From the human T2T-CHM13v2.0 reference genome, Homo sapiens, in NCBI RefSeq assembly GCF_009914755.1, contig NC_060925.1: a stretch of DNA of 64,000 bases; one strand, written 5' to 3'. Shown here piece by piece: positions 1 to 11,800 of this stretch. The notes below the pieces were generated by a model. That model made no database searches, was not told the origin of the DNA, and saw only the letters and a list, made by a program, of their open reading frames with translations. The translations under genes and the position numbers were made by a program. Within the stretch, counting starts at the first letter, position 1; the number at the start of each line of letters is the position of its first letter.

Positions 1-639
1 AAGCCAGTTCTTTTCCAAAATGATCTACTTGGGCAAAAGATAGGTGCGGGGGAGAATGCCACCAATCGCTCTTGCCCATAAACCCCCGCCCTGATACTCA
101 CCTTCTGAGAATACCAGCCATCGTTTTGGAGTCAGGCATGATCCAGGCAATAAAAGCAGAGACAGAAACCTTCTTGCGAACAAGGTCCCTGATGCCCCAT
201 TGTCTCTGTAGTCCAATCTGTGCCTCTCATGCAAGGTTTCAGGGACGTAAAAAGCATTCAGACAAATGGGTCTCCACTACTGAGCTCTTACACAGGGAAA
301 AGCATCTGAATCTGTCAATTAATATGTATTAAGTCCCTACAGGGCCCACTGCTCAAGCAGTGTTGGAAGAATGAGTGGAGAAAGGACGAGGGGCAGAGTC
401 CCAGCACTCTGGTGCCAGACTAGCCAGATAAGGCAGCACGGCAAGCTACATGAGGTCCTTCTCTGATGTCCCAGAGACTGGTTACCTGGGCCAAAGGCTG
501 CCTCTGCGGCGGGTCCCCACCTTTGCTAGGAGCAACACTAGGAAGTAAAACTCAAATCACTCTTAAGCAATGTGCTGGCAATTCTGATGGATTTTTGTTT
601 CTAAAGTGTGCTCTGTGTACCACTGGACCAACAACTTTA

Positions 640-850
640 CACATAAGAATACCATTGTGTTTATGTGCACAAACATTTAGCCATAAGGATGTTCATCACA
701 TTACTATTTACATTATGAGAAAGCTGAAAAGAATCTTAATGCAAAAGAATTCTTAACTGGAAAACTGGAAACAAGCAATAGTAAGGAACTGGTGAATTAT
801 GCCACATCCAAGAAGCATAACATATACTCATTTAAAAAGATAGAAAACCT
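640..850 (+). mobile_element. Old L1M 3' fragment
   Basis: Degenerate L1M 3'-end-like motifs (ggatgttcatcacattactattt...aaactggaaacaa). Confidence 0.5.
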
Positions 851-851
851 A

Positions 852-1140
852 GGCCGGGCACAGTGGCTCACACCTGTAATCCCAACACTTTGGGAGACCC
901 AGGAGGGTGGAACACTTGAGGTCAGGAGTTCGAGACCAGCCTGGCCAACATGGTGAAACCCTGTCTCTACTAAAAATACAAAAGTTAGCCATGGTGGTGC
1001 GCACCTGTAGTCCCAGCTACTCAGGAGGCTGAGGCAGAAAAATGGCATGAACCCGGGAGGCGGAGCTTGCAGTGAGCCAAGATCACGCCACTGCACTCCA
1101 GCAGAACGAGACTCCATCTCAAAAAAAAAAAAAAAAAAAA
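852..1140 (+). mobile_element. Alu (S-type left arm, Y-type right arm)
   Basis: Full Alu with A20 tail and AGAAAACCT target-site duplication (TSD). Confidence 0.95.
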
Positions 1141-2531
1141 GAAAACCTTAATGACATGGAGGGACCCATGGGAGCCCTTCACCTAACATCAAAATAGGTG
1201 CTTAATGAAGAAAAACAGGGGCTCTCAAGGACAGAGATGCTATGCTGCAGCCAGGGAGAAGGGACTTGTTCGTGGATTGCCAACTGGACCCATAGTTCCC
1301 CACATTTAGGGAAAAAAAAAAAATCAGAAACCAACTCACAACTCATTACCTGCCTGAAGCATTTCTGAAACCATTTTAGGATTATTTAACCAGATAAGGT
1401 CTTGCAATAAACAGGTGTGAGAATTACTGTCTTTTTTTAAATCCATCTACTCCACTTCTGAGATCTGCAATGCACCCTAGTACACTAGAAACTCTGAGAA
1501 GCCCTACACTAAAGAAGCTGCTTCACTCTTTCCACTCCCCACAAAGAGCTGGCTATAGACCCTTTATTGAAATGTGCCTGAACATCTCACTGAAGAGCTG
1601 GGAAAGCTGATAGACTAAAAAGCACCCTGGATATGGCAGGGAGGCCTGGGGGCCCCCGTGGCTCTCACTTACTAGGGAATCTTCAGCCAAGTCGTCTCTC
1701 TATTCTAGACACAACTTCTCCAACTGGGAGCTGACTAAATCAGAGGTACCTAGATCTGTGCTCTCTTCAAAGGTAAAACCCTTGGGGGCATGAGGGGAGG
1801 TGTAAAGGTGGGAAACCCAGTGAGCAGAATTCACAGCACCACACTCCCCTAAAACAAGTAGATGGCTCCATTTTTGTTTTATTATTTGCACTTCCATGTA
1901 AGACTTCATTTAAAGAAAAGCTCTTTCTGCTAAAACGAAAAAAAGTAAGTCAGAAACCACTGAAACCTATGTCCTGTGTGGTCCTTCCAAACTGCGACCG
2001 TTGATTTTCTTTAAATCTGCATTGCACATGGGAAAAAGTCCTCTTGAGTCGGGGGGGGGGCCCAAGCCAGGCTCCCTGGGAAAGGCGAGGGTTTGAGGTG
2101 AACTTATTCCCGCAGAGGCTCCACGGGATTGGGGGGACGGGGGTGGGGGGGCACAAACTGGGAGGCCTGCCTATGCAGGAAGGCAGGGAGCTAGGGTGAC
2201 CATTGCTGGGGGAGATGAGAGGGACTGTGCAGCTAGGTGGATGGATAAAAAGGCATCTTGAAAACCAAGGTCAAGAATATCCACGTGGAGGCTGACAGCA
2301 AGAAATCGGCTAATGTTTGAAGAGTTATGTGATCAAAAAAAAAGAGAACCACTAGTTAGGTGACCGTGGCAGACGGTTTCTGTGTCTCCACGTGAAGGAA
2401 AGACTGGAGGTGAAGAAGTCCTGCAGTCGTCTGTTCTTGTGGTCTGGCTATACAAGGGCAGATGCAAAATTCAAGGTTCAACTTGAATGAGAACTTCAAA
2501 CTCAACCTCCACCTCAAACCTGGTGTACGAA

Positions 2532-2625
2532 GACGCTCAGAACAGAATCAGATACTCAGACTCACCAACCAGTCTGAGGACGCTCAGAACAGAATCAGAT
2601 ACTCAGACTCACCAACCAGTCTGAG
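2532..2625. repeat. Perfect 47-bp tandem duplication
   Basis: GACGCTCAGAACAGAATCAGATACTCAGACTCACCAACCAGTCTGAG x2 (2532-2578, 2579-2625). Confidence 0.95.
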
Positions 2626-4959
2626 AACGTGACCCTGTCCCTTTGGTTGAGATGGGATTCCCAAGATTAGTACCCTCGACGGTATCCTGGGCACAACATT
2701 GCTCCATTTTTTTTTACCCTGCTGCCTCTCTCGGGATCCCCATGTCCCATGAAGCTTTGTGTGATATGAAAAACCATCCTTGCAACATCCCAAGAGAAAT
2801 CAAAATGTGGAGTAGAACTCAAGATGCCTGGAAGAGAAGTTTTCCTCCTCTAAGCTTCCTTCAACTGGGAGGGTTCCATCATGTCTCCACAATTAGCTTG
2901 TCCCAACCCTCCGTCCTCTTCAGGGTCACCACCTGGCACTCCAATGCAAGCAAACCTTCTTCAGTCAATCACCATGCACCTCCCTAAGATCCTCCAGGGC
3001 CTTCCTGGAAGCTGGTGGCTGGCTGTCAAGCAGGTACAGGGCTTCCAAATGGAATTCATTTACCGTCTGCATCCAACTTTCACTTATCTGGAAATCCAAA
3101 CGACCAGGAAACAACATCACTGGCCAACTTCCAGCCTGGTCTGTGACTCCGATGACAACAAACTCACCTTGCATGGCGATGCTATTCGATTGATAATGGC
3201 TGACTAGAAGGCTGTGTTCTGAAAATAATTCTGAACCCGGGTTGGCAGAAAAAGAGTTACCGTGATCAACTTGCAATGTCTGACACGAGCAAGGGAGGAA
3301 TGCCGGAGTATGTGCCAAGCATTTACCATCTGTCCTGTGCACCATCACTAGCCTTCAGATTGGATTTTTACTCCTTGCTTCATCATATACTGGACACGTG
3401 ACTTTAGAAAGTCACTAAAGCCACCTGCGTTTTTATCAACAAAACGGGGTAATAAGCCTTGTCTGTCACTGCCCCAGGACTGCTAGAGGGTGCCAATGAG
3501 CTCACATACAGGAGATTGTTCTACAAAGTGTCCAGTGCAGGGGATTATTATATGTAAGGGATTACAGTTCTTCTCCACAAGAGTGGCCCTCAGGCACTAC
3601 ATGTTCCTGAAGAGGCTTCCAAATCAACAAAGAATGAGCATGCGTGTGGTGGCTGTGAGTGGTGGCAGCCCTCAGCATGGCTCAGCTCAATTTTAGACTT
3701 GGGAACGGTTCCCCCGTCATACAAGATCAAGGGATCCCAGTGTCTTTGGTGTTCTTCCTGATGTTCTTAGCACTGTGCCGTAAGCACACATGGTCCTGAG
3801 ACCCAAATGCTGTAATACCCCAGGGCTCAGTGATTGAAAAGACAGGGCCAACCCCCTCTCCAGTGGCGGCTGGATGGGAGAGGAGCAACAAGACTGCTGC
3901 CAGAAGACCACCCAAGGGGGGGTATGCTGAAGGGCCACGAGAAAGGTCTCCAAACACCCCAAAGCTACAGACACTTGTTCCACTGCATTATTTTCATAGC
4001 CATATCAGGTCGCCCTGCAGGCAAACACTATTCTCAGATAGGAGCTGCATGTTCTCACAAGACTAAGTTGCTCAGAGTTAAGATTAGGTTTAGAGCGCAT
4101 TAACTCCAGCACCGAGGAACACTCCATTGTGGACTGAGTAGACACTACCATGAGCTCAAGCGCCCAAGTGGAAGAAAGCGTGTGTGGATGCCATGTGTGC
4201 ATGAACATGTCACACCTTACATGATGACTTGCTTCAGAAGGCTGGCTCTGGGGAAGGCTTGGGCGATTTTAAGCCTTGTTTGCCAACACATAGGGAGTGC
4301 CTGCTGGGGCCTTCCTCTACTGTGACACGGGCACAGGAATGGGAGAGAGACACACCCAGTTTGGTGTTTCAGTGTGTCTGCAATGATGGTGCCTCTGGAT
4401 GCACTCTCCACCCCCAAGCTACCGCCTCTTCTAAAGTGAGGCTAAAATCACCCATAGGACTGATGAGAGGACCATCAGTTAACAATCATCAATATCGAGA
4501 GAGAAGACACAATAATAAAAATGACAACTGCGTACAGGGACTGTGCATGTGCCGGTGCTGCACTGGGCACCGTGCCCACGTTTTATCTAATCCTGCCAAA
4601 GCTGACAGGCTCCTGGCCTCAAAAACGAAGACAGTCGGGCAGGGGTGGGGGAGTGGCTACCTTAAGATTAAACACCTTTCTACCCTGCAACCACCACCTG
4701 GTACAGGAACCGAGGGAAGGGCCTCCCACAACATGAGGCACTCTCTGAGCACATCTCATACAGCCAACTCCACCCGAGAACCTCATCCTTTCACGGACAT
4801 GGGTTATACTCACTTTACAGATAAGGAAACTGAGTTGGAAGGGACTCACCAACTCTCCCAAACCACTAGTTAATGAGTATCTCCAACAACCAGACCTGGG
4901 TTCCTGTCAGGCAAGGCAGGCTAGGCATGTGCCTGGTCTCCCGAGCCTGACTCTAAAGG

Positions 4960-5145
4960 TTTCCAGACTGAGTCCCACATGCCGTGTAAGCCCTGACAAA
5001 TTACTTCCCTTCTCTGTGGCTCAGTTCTCCAACTGCAAAATGGGGTAATACCTGCCTTGCAGGGTTGGTCTGGAGGATTAAACTACCTCATGTTGAAAGC
5101 ACTGAGAACAGGGGCTGGCACAGACTGAGAGCCCAATAAATGTCA
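4960..5145 (+). mobile_element. MIR SINE
   Basis: MIR core-like ctctgtggctcagttctccaactgcaaaatggggtaata...ggattaaa...ctggcacag. Confidence 0.7.
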
Positions 5146-6313
5146 GGCACTATCAGTGTTCACTGGCCATAATCCTCCAAGACAAAGATCTGCACCTGCC
5201 TGGAATGCCCCTTCCCCTCCACTTTCTTTCTCACTCCTTGAGGCCCAGCAGCAACACCCCCTCCAGGAAGCCTTCCCAGCCCCTAAAGCAGCCAGCGACT
5301 CCCCTCTCTGGGCTCCCTTCAAACTCTGCCTGTGTTCCCCATGAGCACTGACCACCACCTACCTTGTCAATTAGTCTGTCTGCCGTTCCAGACAACAATC
5401 AACACAATCCTGGCTCAAGTCTGCATCCCCCTAGTGCCATACCTGTGGCAGGATCTAGGCTACACTCAATAAATGGTGACCACGTGACTGGAAACCCACC
5501 CACTGCAGGTTTCCGACGCTCTTCCACCCACAATCCTTTCCTGAGGGCTCAGGAGCATCAGGCATGGGGCTGAGCACTGCACACCTGTATTGCTAGTGTA
5601 TACCTGTACCCTGTCCCCTCTTTTATGAATGGATAAACTGAGGCCCCAGGGGCCAGGCAATTAACCCAGGGCCACACAGCTGGAGAACGGTAGGGCCAGG
5701 ACAAGGGCAAAGCCTCCCTGACTCCAGCAGACCCTATGCCTAGTCCTCCTCTTTTTCTACAATCTTCTTCCTTTTCTATTCTTTTGTTGGGAGGCAGGGG
5801 GAGATGTTTTTGTAAAAAATGCAATGTCTTTATATAATTTCCCCATGGCTGGGAATGATGAAGAGCAAACCAACGGGCTGTGCACGCGTGACTCTGTGTG
5901 CCTGGGCCCTCTTCCTGGTGTCACCCGCATAACCTCCTGGCACAGACACTCAGCTGCCACCTGACAGCATTGCTTCACCTTCTTCCCTCTTCCCCTCCAG
6001 GGCCCCCAGAACCAACAGGGGAAGTTGGTTGCTAATGGCAACAGTCTTGGGAGCAAGGTGAGACCTACCAGCCCACCACTGACGGCTGAAGGGAAATTTT
6101 CAACAGCCTCTGGGGCCCCTTTCTGTCAATCAAGCGGCCTCTTCCCTGTCTGGGACTCGGTTTCCTCTTCTATAAAAAGCGAGTGCCACCCTTCATGATT
6201 CTAGTTACAGAGTTGAGAAGGGTTACACGAATCCAGCCAATCTGGGCCTCTGGGGCTGCCCTGGATGGATTTAGAAGGGTCAGCAAAGAGTTGTTTTGAA
6301 AAAAACAGCAACA

Positions 6314-6663
<350 letters not shown>

Positions 6664-8760
6664 CTACTCACACCCAGGGGCTGCTTGAGGAGAGTGTCTG
6701 AGCTGAGTGCCCTGGGCTGACCGTGGGAGACATGAGTTGTTTCCCATGGTGTGCACGTCTGGACCACCAGAGCTGCGGTCAGTGTGAAGTTCATCCCGTT
6801 ATCCCCACTAGACTCTTTCCTGCTGGACAGGAAAGGCAGGTTATTACAGAGGCTTCTCCAGAGCCGTGCACAAGGACATCATGGGAAGAGGTGACTAAAG
6901 GGCTCAAAGAGCCCAATGGGCACTGGCTGGAAGCCTGTCTTTGAGAATGGCAAAGTAGCCCAGGGCAGCTTTCTTAGGAGAAGTTAGGGCTTACACTGAG
7001 CCTTGGAAGGCAGGCTGGGCAGGTAAGACGCAGGTGCGCGGGAATGTGTGCGGAGGCAGGTGGCCGGCAGCCCACGGCGTGTTGGGGATCCAGAGACTGG
7101 GTAGCCAGGAGGCCTGCAGCCTGCAGCCCTGGTTCCTGCCGCTACTCACAAGGAGCACAGGCTCTGGGAAGACGACTCTGAGCAAACATCCCAGGTCATC
7201 CCACACCACCTTTGTCATTAATCTCTTCAGTAAGCCCCAAAAGGGCATCACACTTTCTTGAGGCCCTGCTGGCCCTGCTCCTTCCCATCTAAAAGTTCTT
7301 GACCTGTCCAAGCCTTTCCAGGAGAACTGACACCAAACACCTCACATTCTCCAGGATGAAATTTGTTCACAAACCACCCTCAACTATCCTATAATGGATG
7401 CTTACATTATCCCCATTTCACAGAAGCCAAGGTGAAGAAGCAAGTCAATCAGTGAAGCCTGTTCAGGTGGAACAAGCTGTCCCCATCCCTTTCTCCCTCC
7501 ATCCCCCACCCCACCTGGCAGGGGACAGAATGCAAAGCAAATCCATGCTAACCACACACAACCCTGACCCCAAGAACCCAGACAGAGTGTAAAATGCAGA
7601 CCCCACCTAATCCAACGTGAGATATCAGGGCTATCAACGTGAGCTAACTGACTTCCAGAGCATGAACTTGCTTAAAAACATTCTTTAGTTTTCATTTCAT
7701 GAAAAGGTCATACAGCCGAAGCACAAGCACCACTCAGGTGGGCAGGAGGCCAGGGGCCAGAGAGGGGGAGGGGACGAGAGCATCCCGTGGGAAGATGCAC
7801 AACACCCCACCCCGTCACTGTGGGAGTCTTGGCTCCCAATCTGTAACCTTATCCTGGGGCAAGCCAAAAAAGGCAGTAGAGGAGGCTGGGCCAGGATATG
7901 CCCCTGGCCCTGCACATGCTACCCGTCTTCTCCACTAGCTGTCCACAGGGCCTGCTTCTGTCTCTGTGTCCCCAGGTGTTGGGCAGGACCCCGTGGTCAG
8001 AGCCTGGAGGGCTCCGCAGCACAACAGCCATCATCAGACAGCCTGACAGTGCTGAAAAGTCACCACCATGGGACTGACAGGGAAACTAAGGATCAGATAG
8101 AAAAGCCCACACGTGGATGACAAACCACCTAGGGGAATTTATTCATTCCTACTTGGGGGGGATCACACTGCATGCATGCATGCATGCAGCATGCATTCAA
8201 TTTATTTATTTAGCAAAGATGTGTGGTGGACCAGCCAGACTGGGGTCTGCCAGAGGACTCCGCTCTGAGCTCTTTCCCACAGGCCAGTCCACAGGCACCT
8301 CCACCTCATCCACATTCTGAGGCCTGCTTGAAGCTGCTACAGTATACTCCTGCTGCCAGCCACTTTCACACCAGCAGCTGACTGTGACTCCAGTGCTTCT
8401 TCAAGAGTGTCAAGTTGTGGGCCCAGGAGACAGGATCCAGAAAAACCATTCATGAGAGGCGCCCCCAGCCAGTCCCCCTCCAGAAGCCTCCAGTCGCCTG
8501 GTGGAAAGGATGGTGAGGGGCGAGCACCTCAGAGTTCACATAGAAGCCATCTATGTAAAGTAACAGCCTTTAAAGGGTGACCCACAGCCAGAGCCTTCCT
8601 CTGGACTGGACTTTATCTTGACGCTACAGGCGGCTGCGGTGGCCCTGCCTGCCACAGGGCCCTGGCGGTGGCAAACCCTGCCTGCAGGGAAGCAAAGGCA
8701 AGGCCAGCCCAGTGCCATCCGCTGCCCAGGGGGGCCACAAGGTGGTGCTGACCAGGCTCT

Positions 8761-8860
8761 GGGAGGAAAGGGAGGGGAAGGAGGAGAGCAGGGAAGAGGA
8801 AGGAGAGGGATAAGTAGGAGAGGTAGAGGGATACAGGGCAGGGAGGGAGGGGGAGGAAAG
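8761..8860 (+). repeat. Purine-rich (GA/GGA) low-complexity tract
   Basis: About 100 nt almost entirely G/A. Confidence 0.8.
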
Positions 8861-11800
8861 AGCCTTTGTGCTGGCTTCCCCCACTCCACAGTACCCAGGA
8901 GCAACAATCAGTTATGCAAACAGGGACCCCTCCCCCAAGCCCAGCCATCCACTCCTGGACCCCCTCCTCCTCCCTTAGTCTCTGGTCTCCCCTCCACCCC
9001 GTTCACTCGTGTGCGTGCATGCGTGGGTGTGTGTGTGTGTGTGTTTGTCTCACACACCTCTAAGAGGTATAGTGGCCCTGAGGCCTTGCCCATTCAGGAA
9101 AAAACCTGCCCCCACCCTACCCCTTTCCTCAAGTTCTTTAGTCCACACAATTCCACTTTTAGGCATGTTACCACTGCCAACACTGCCAGCCTCTAAACCC
9201 ACTACCCATTTCTTGCTTTGGCCACCAGCAATGGTGAGTCAAGGAATGGTGCTCCCAACCTGAAGACGCAGCCCTTACAGCTCCACCAAGTAACAAGACA
9301 CGCTGCCTGCTCTGACTTCATTTTGCTAATTCTCTCAATGAAATGCAATAATGTGAAGGAAAAACTCGTCTTTGGGGCAGGGCCTTCAACATATGGTCAG
9401 CCTGGACTCCTTCAAACCACACAGATTAAAATCTCAGCCAGGTGACAACTTCTAGGAGGGGGGCTTTCACCCTCCTTTTCTTCTTCATGAGATAGACTTT
9501 TGATTGTTTCAGTTTCAAATTACATCAAACATCTAAATTGGGAATCCCAGCTCCTCCACCACCAGCGCATCAAAGGTAGATATTCAAAGCAGTACTTATT
9601 TACAAACGGCGATGCAAATCTGTCCCGACAACCTGGGCACCCTTGACAGACACTTCTGCCACTGCCCATCCCAGGAGTTTCTGTCCCAACTGAGGCCTAG
9701 GGGTGTGGCTACCATCTGTCACCCTGTGACCAAGTCATGACCATGACAATGATGACTCACACACAAAGAGCCTGGCCCCTCTGTTACAAGTCCAGGTAAG
9801 TTTTTACCAGCTTTGAAATAAAAAGCATTAAATGACAAAGCTTTTCTACAGAATGAGAGAGAGGTAAGGCCCTCTCTCACCTCCAGGACACACAGTCCTC
9901 AGTCAAGGGCATTTAAAACATTCCACTCCGGAAATGCCAGAGGGCTGGCAAAGACACTACGGTTAAAGGCAAGCAATCAATAAATGGGGTGAGGGTGCCA
10001 CAGGCCTCATCGCCATTACTGAAAGCATACCCCTTTCCCCTGGAATGGTTTCCCCACTCCAAAACCCAAAACTGAAACCCACGGTGCTCCTCCCTTTCCC
10101 CACAAGGTCTGCCTCCAGGCCCTGCCTGATAAGCCCTCAAGGTTACTCCGTAAACCCGAAGGGCAGGAGTGCTCCAACAGCCCAACCTCAGTGTGCTGAG
10201 TGCTGAGTGTATACAGGCCACTGGGCACACACACTGAATCCTGAGAAGTGAGCTCTAGGCATTGTTGTCTGCTTCTTCTAGATGAGGATACTGAGGTTGC
10301 AGAAAAGAGCAGGGTCACACAGGTGGCTTGAGGTAGGACGCCAGCAGCCAGGCTCTTAACACTCAGGAAGGGTGGTGCCTCCCTACCCATCCCCCCAGCA
10401 TCATAGCAGGGATCTCAGATCTGCTGGAGCATTTCCAGCGACAGACACCTATAAGACACATTTTTACAAAGCCACTGTTTAAATGTTCTAATGGATTCCT
10501 GTGGCTTGGGACAAAATTCCCAGAGGAAGCATCATACACAAAGCTGAAAAATAATATATGTCAAACAACTTGGAGTGTTGGTGATACGTCCTAGAAAGGT
10601 GGGTTAGAAGATAAAAACTGGCTTTGATGACAGCATTTAAGACACTGATAACAAAAACGCATATGAAGACCTAGAATAAAATATATCATGTAAATTTAGG
10701 GTGGAACATAGTATCTCTAAATTTACATGTTATCTGCTATATTATTTTAAACATGTATGGGTAAATAAATTAGATATTTTAAGTAAGGAAAAATACTTCC
10801 AGCAATAATGAAGCCGTGCCGATTCACCACAATTCTGCTCGGCCTCAACACAGCACAAATCCACACCAAGTCTACGGAACCTCTACAGGCCCCGGTCCCC
10901 TGCACTCTCCTGACGTGCAGGCCACACAACCCCAAAAAGCAGATGCCCTCGGACCTCTGGCCATCAGCTTAGAAACAAGGTGCCAGAGTTCCCATTTTTA
11001 TAACAAATGAACTGAATCCAGCCCAACTTTCCCATATTCTCATCAACTTTCTTTCATGGATAGATTTTCCCCAACTTACAGTTTTTCCTTCTGATTTTTG
11101 TTTAACCCCCTAGTTATCGCTAATCCTTGCTTAAAGAGGATTAAGACAATCATGTAACAAATATGGGTGCTTCGCTACCCAGAGGTGTGGGTGGGGCTCT
11201 GTTACAGTTTGCGCGTCCATATTTCTGGGCCACTGCACAAAGAACTCCAAACCACTCAGAGCAGGACAAAGAGGGGCTGTGGTGGAGAACCCAGGGCCCT
11301 TTACCAGGGAAAGGGGTGTAAGGCCAGGTCTCCTGGCCTCAGCCACAGCCCCCAATCCCTCTGGCTGGGGCAGCAACACCCCCTCCAAAGCTGCTCCCTC
11401 GGAAGGGACTGCCAACAGTCAACGCCAAACTTCAAAATTAACTGCCACCATTGGGGGCTGGGACGGCGGTTTGGTTCCTTTTAGTCCAAGGCGCTGACAG
11501 CCAGGCCTGCCCCTACTAGCTCCTTCTGTTGTTTCGAGGGGAGTGAGGCCCGGGGCTGAGTTAAGTTTCACTGGTGAGTGGCCGGCGGGCACAAAGGAAG
11601 GAACCGCTGGGGGAGGGGAGGCCGCAGAGCTGGAGGGCTGGGACAAAGGGGACAAGAGACAAAGGGACAGGAAAAGAGAGCCCGCTTTATCCTCCTCCGA
11701 GGAAGGAACTCCCCATTTAGTCAAATATTTCACTCACACAGCTCTGGGCAAGAAATGCCCCACCGAACATTTTCCGAGGTGGCTTCAGGTGTCTCCCACA

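Noticed and set aside
2532-2625. CRISPR-like appearance of a repeat with a hairpin
   Set aside because: Only two adjacent copies, no spacers, eukaryotic intron.
2640-3350. Possible ancient retroelement coding relic
   Set aside because: Could not match any RT, endonuclease or gag motif by eye.
4229-4873. 214-codon ORF
   Set aside because: TTG start, runs into MIR sequence, no recognisable homology.
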